From positions 1 through 59,917 of the IMG/VR virus record IMGVR_UViG_3300026097_000024: DNA of 59,917 nucleotides; one strand, given 5' to 3'. The stretch's first letter is position 1, and every line of letters starts with the position of its first letter. Made by a program: the position numbers and the translations under genes. Shown here one piece after another: positions 58,009 through 59,917 of this stretch. The notes under the pieces are model-generated. The model saw only the letters and a list, made by a program, of their open reading frames with translations. It was not told the DNA's origin and ran no database searches. Source of the stretch: a virus. Taxonomy: Duplodnaviria; Caudoviricetes.

Positions 58009-58692
58009 ATGTATGATTTAGTTTTTATTTCTTATAATGAGCCTAATGCTGAAGAAAACTACAATAATCTTAAACAGAGGTTTCCTACAGTTAAACGTGT
58101 AGACGGTGTGCGGGGAATACATCAAGCACATATTGCCGCAGCTAAAAAATGCTTTACCAAAATGTTCTGGGCAATCGATGGCGATGCAAAAATTTTAGAG
58201 TCTTTTGATTTTAATTATAAAACACAAGATTATAATATAAAAACAGTCCATGTATGGCATAGTATAAATCCAATAAATGGATTAGTATATGGCTATGGCG
58301 GGGTAAAATTATTGCCTAGACAGCTCACTTTATCCATAGATATTTCAAAACCTGACATGACTACTAGTATTTCAAAAAGTTTTAAAACAATGCCTGAAAT
58401 ATCAAATATAACAGCATTCGATACTGATCCTTTTAACGTTTGGAAAAGTGCATTTCGCGAGTGTGTAAAACTTTCAAGTAAAACAATTCAAGGTCAAGTA
58501 GACAAAGAAACAGACCAGAGACTAGAAACTTGGTGTACAAAAGGTATCGAAAAACCATTAGGAAAATTTGCTATAGCAGGTGCCAATGAAGGACGGAAAT
58601 ACGGAAAAGAAAATGCAGGAAACGAAAACGCACTTAGTTCGATTAATGATTTTGACTGGTTGCAAGAATTGTTCCAGCAACAACAAATCTAA
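58009..58692 (+). CDS. Glycosyltransferase-like protein (paralog of 51131-52066)
   Basis: FISYNEPNA, RVDGVRGIHQAH, WAIDGD, YGYGGVK and WKSAFRECVKL. Confidence 0.65.
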   Translation: MYDLVFISYNEPNAEENYNNLKQRFPTVKRVDGVRGIHQAHIAAAKKCFTKMFWAIDGDAKILESFDFNYKTQDYNIKTVHVWHSINPINGLVYGYGGVKLLPRQLTLSIDISKPDMTTSISKSFKTMPEISNITAFDTDPFNVWKSAFRECVKLSSKTIQGQVDKETDQRLETWCTKGIEKPLGKFAIAGANEGRKYGKENAGNENALSSINDFDWLQELFQQQQI

Positions 58693-59260
58693 TTCCACGC
58701 TCGTCTGTGATTTCGTCTTCTGATAAAACGATTGAGTTTGCCGGAAGTTGAGATTTTAAATCTGTCATCGAATTTACACAATTCACATGTCCTTCAATAT
58801 CATGCATGTTGTTAGAAGTAAACACAAAGTTTGTGTTTTTCGGCCAATACGGCCAAGTGTTCATCGGAGGCATGTGTTCGCATGAAGTGTTTATGAAAAG
58901 ATCTGTGTCGTGATATCTTTTTAAATCTAAATTAAAAACATTGCCAGGAATATATTCTACATTATCTATATCGGGGAACAATCTGTTTTTGGCTATCTTT
59001 AAAACCTGTTCGTCCAAGTCAATGCAACTTATGCGTTTCACCTTGTCACACAGCCCTGGAATAAGAATGCTACCATACCAACTTCCGAAAATAATGACTT
59101 CAGAATCCGTGTTTACAAAGTGATTCCCTTCAACAAGTTCTAGCACCCGCGATTTAGATTTGAACTGGTTGTCGCTGAATGAATCTATAATATCTAAACC
59201 ATACTTGGGTTTTTCTTTAATGGTTTTTAAAGCATTTCTAAAAATAGTTTCTGTGATCAT
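58643..59260 (-). CDS. Class I SAM-dependent methyltransferase-like protein
   Basis: Motif I-like VIIFGSWYG, acidic CIDLDE, and INTSCEHM. Confidence 0.7.
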   Translation of the reverse strand: MITETIFRNALKTIKEKPKYGLDIIDSFSDNQFKSKSRVLELVEGNHFVNTDSEVIIFGSWYGSILIPGLCDKVKRISCIDLDEQVLKIAKNRLFPDIDNVEYIPGNVFNLDLKRYHDTDLFINTSCEHMPPMNTWPYWPKNTNFVFTSNNMHDIEGHVNCVNSMTDLKSQLPANSIVLSEDEITDERGIRFVVAGTILATSQNH

Positions 59261-59917
59261 TTTTTTTTCACCACCCAGTTACCAATGACTAGAATATCTA
59301 GTCCGGACTTTTTAAATGTTGCAACAGCATCCGCGGGAGTTTCCACAACGGGCTCCTGACAGTTGAAGCTGGTGTTTAGCAACATAGGAATACCTGTTTG
59401 CCTGTAAAACTCACTGATTAGATCATAGTATCGTTGATTCTGTTCTCTGGTTATCGTTTGTATTCTAGCCGTGCCGTCGACGTGAGTGACACCTGGAATC
59501 GCATCGCTGATCACGGGCACTATTCGACTCATGAAAGGAGATGGCTGATTGGTGTTAAAATAATCTTGATAATGTTCTTCTAGCACACTGGGTGCAAATG
59601 GACGAAAGTCTTCTCTCATCTTGACGCGGTTGTTTATGATGTCTTTTATGTCAGGATTTCTAGGATCAGCTAGAATACTGCGATTGCCTAACGCTCTATT
59701 ACCACTTTCTGAACGACCCTGATACCAGCCCACAATCTTGCCAACCGCAATGGCTTCTGCTACTCTTTTATACAACTCGTCGTCGTCAAGCCGTTCGTTA
59801 TGTAATCCTTCTAACACATCAAGTTCAAAATCATGTTCTTGTCCTGCATATACGGTCGGCTCGTGGATGTTTTTGTTAATCACATAATCTGCATGCATGT
59901 AGACCCCTAATGCCTGT
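59257..59917 (-). CDS. Carbamoyltransferase (CmcH/NodU/TobZ family), C-terminal part; 5' end lies beyond the window
   Basis: GWYQGRSESGNRALGNRSILADP, KMREDFRPFAPSV, THVDGTARIQT and LLNTSFN; frame open to the window edge (QALGVYMHA...). Confidence 0.93.
   Translation of the reverse strand, partial: QALGVYMHADYVINKNIHEPTVYAGQEHDFELDVLEGLHNERLDDDELYKRVAEAIAVGKIVGWYQGRSESGNRALGNRSILADPRNPDIKDIINNRVKMREDFRPFAPSVLEEHYQDYFNTNQPSPFMSRIVPVISDAIPGVTHVDGTARIQTITREQNQRYYDLISEFYRQTGIPMLLNTSFNCQEPVVETPADAVATFKKSGLDILVIGNWVVKKK

Noticed and set aside
1-59917. CRISPR array, tRNA/rRNA genes, integrase/transposase, diversity-generating retroelement
   Set aside because: No regularly spaced repeats, cloverleafs, recombinase, transposase or reverse transcriptase motifs were seen by eye. 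A tRNAscan/CRISPR scan was not run.
1-59917. Stop-codon reassignment
   Set aside because: Core genes, including a 5049-aa ORF, are intact in the standard code, and TAA, TAG and TGA all terminate genes at sensible positions.

Overview
This window is part of a large T4-like (Tevenvirinae-related but divergent) myovirus genome, read in the standard genetic code. On the minus strand (1-10.5 kb) is a head module: a tape-measure-like gene, portal gp20, an inserted DUF115/Maf-like transferase, an acidic core protein, protease gp21, scaffold gp22, major capsid gp23 and virion genes. Next come a gp26-like hub chaperone, a ~420-nt non-coding region, a GIY-YIG nuclease, gp46/gp47 and the late sigma factor gp55. 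A plus-strand baseplate/fibre module follows (gp48/54-like, gp53, hub, gp5, gp25, gp6, a 5049-aa gp7-like protein and three paralogous fibres). The window ends in an enzyme cluster: glycosyltransferases, three radical SAM proteins, an SGNH-like protein, a methyltransferase and a carbamoyltransferase. The most notable signals are (1) a densely base-paired, apparently pseudoknotted RNA candidate directly downstream of the GIY-YIG nuclease; (2) a T-TTT-TTC slippery site joining the gp26-like ORF to an unannotated start-less -1 frame ORF; (3) the modification-enzyme cluster; and (4) a 12-mer (ATATACGCAGTT) repeated at three promoter regions. All product calls come from recognising motifs and gene order by eye; no database searches were run.
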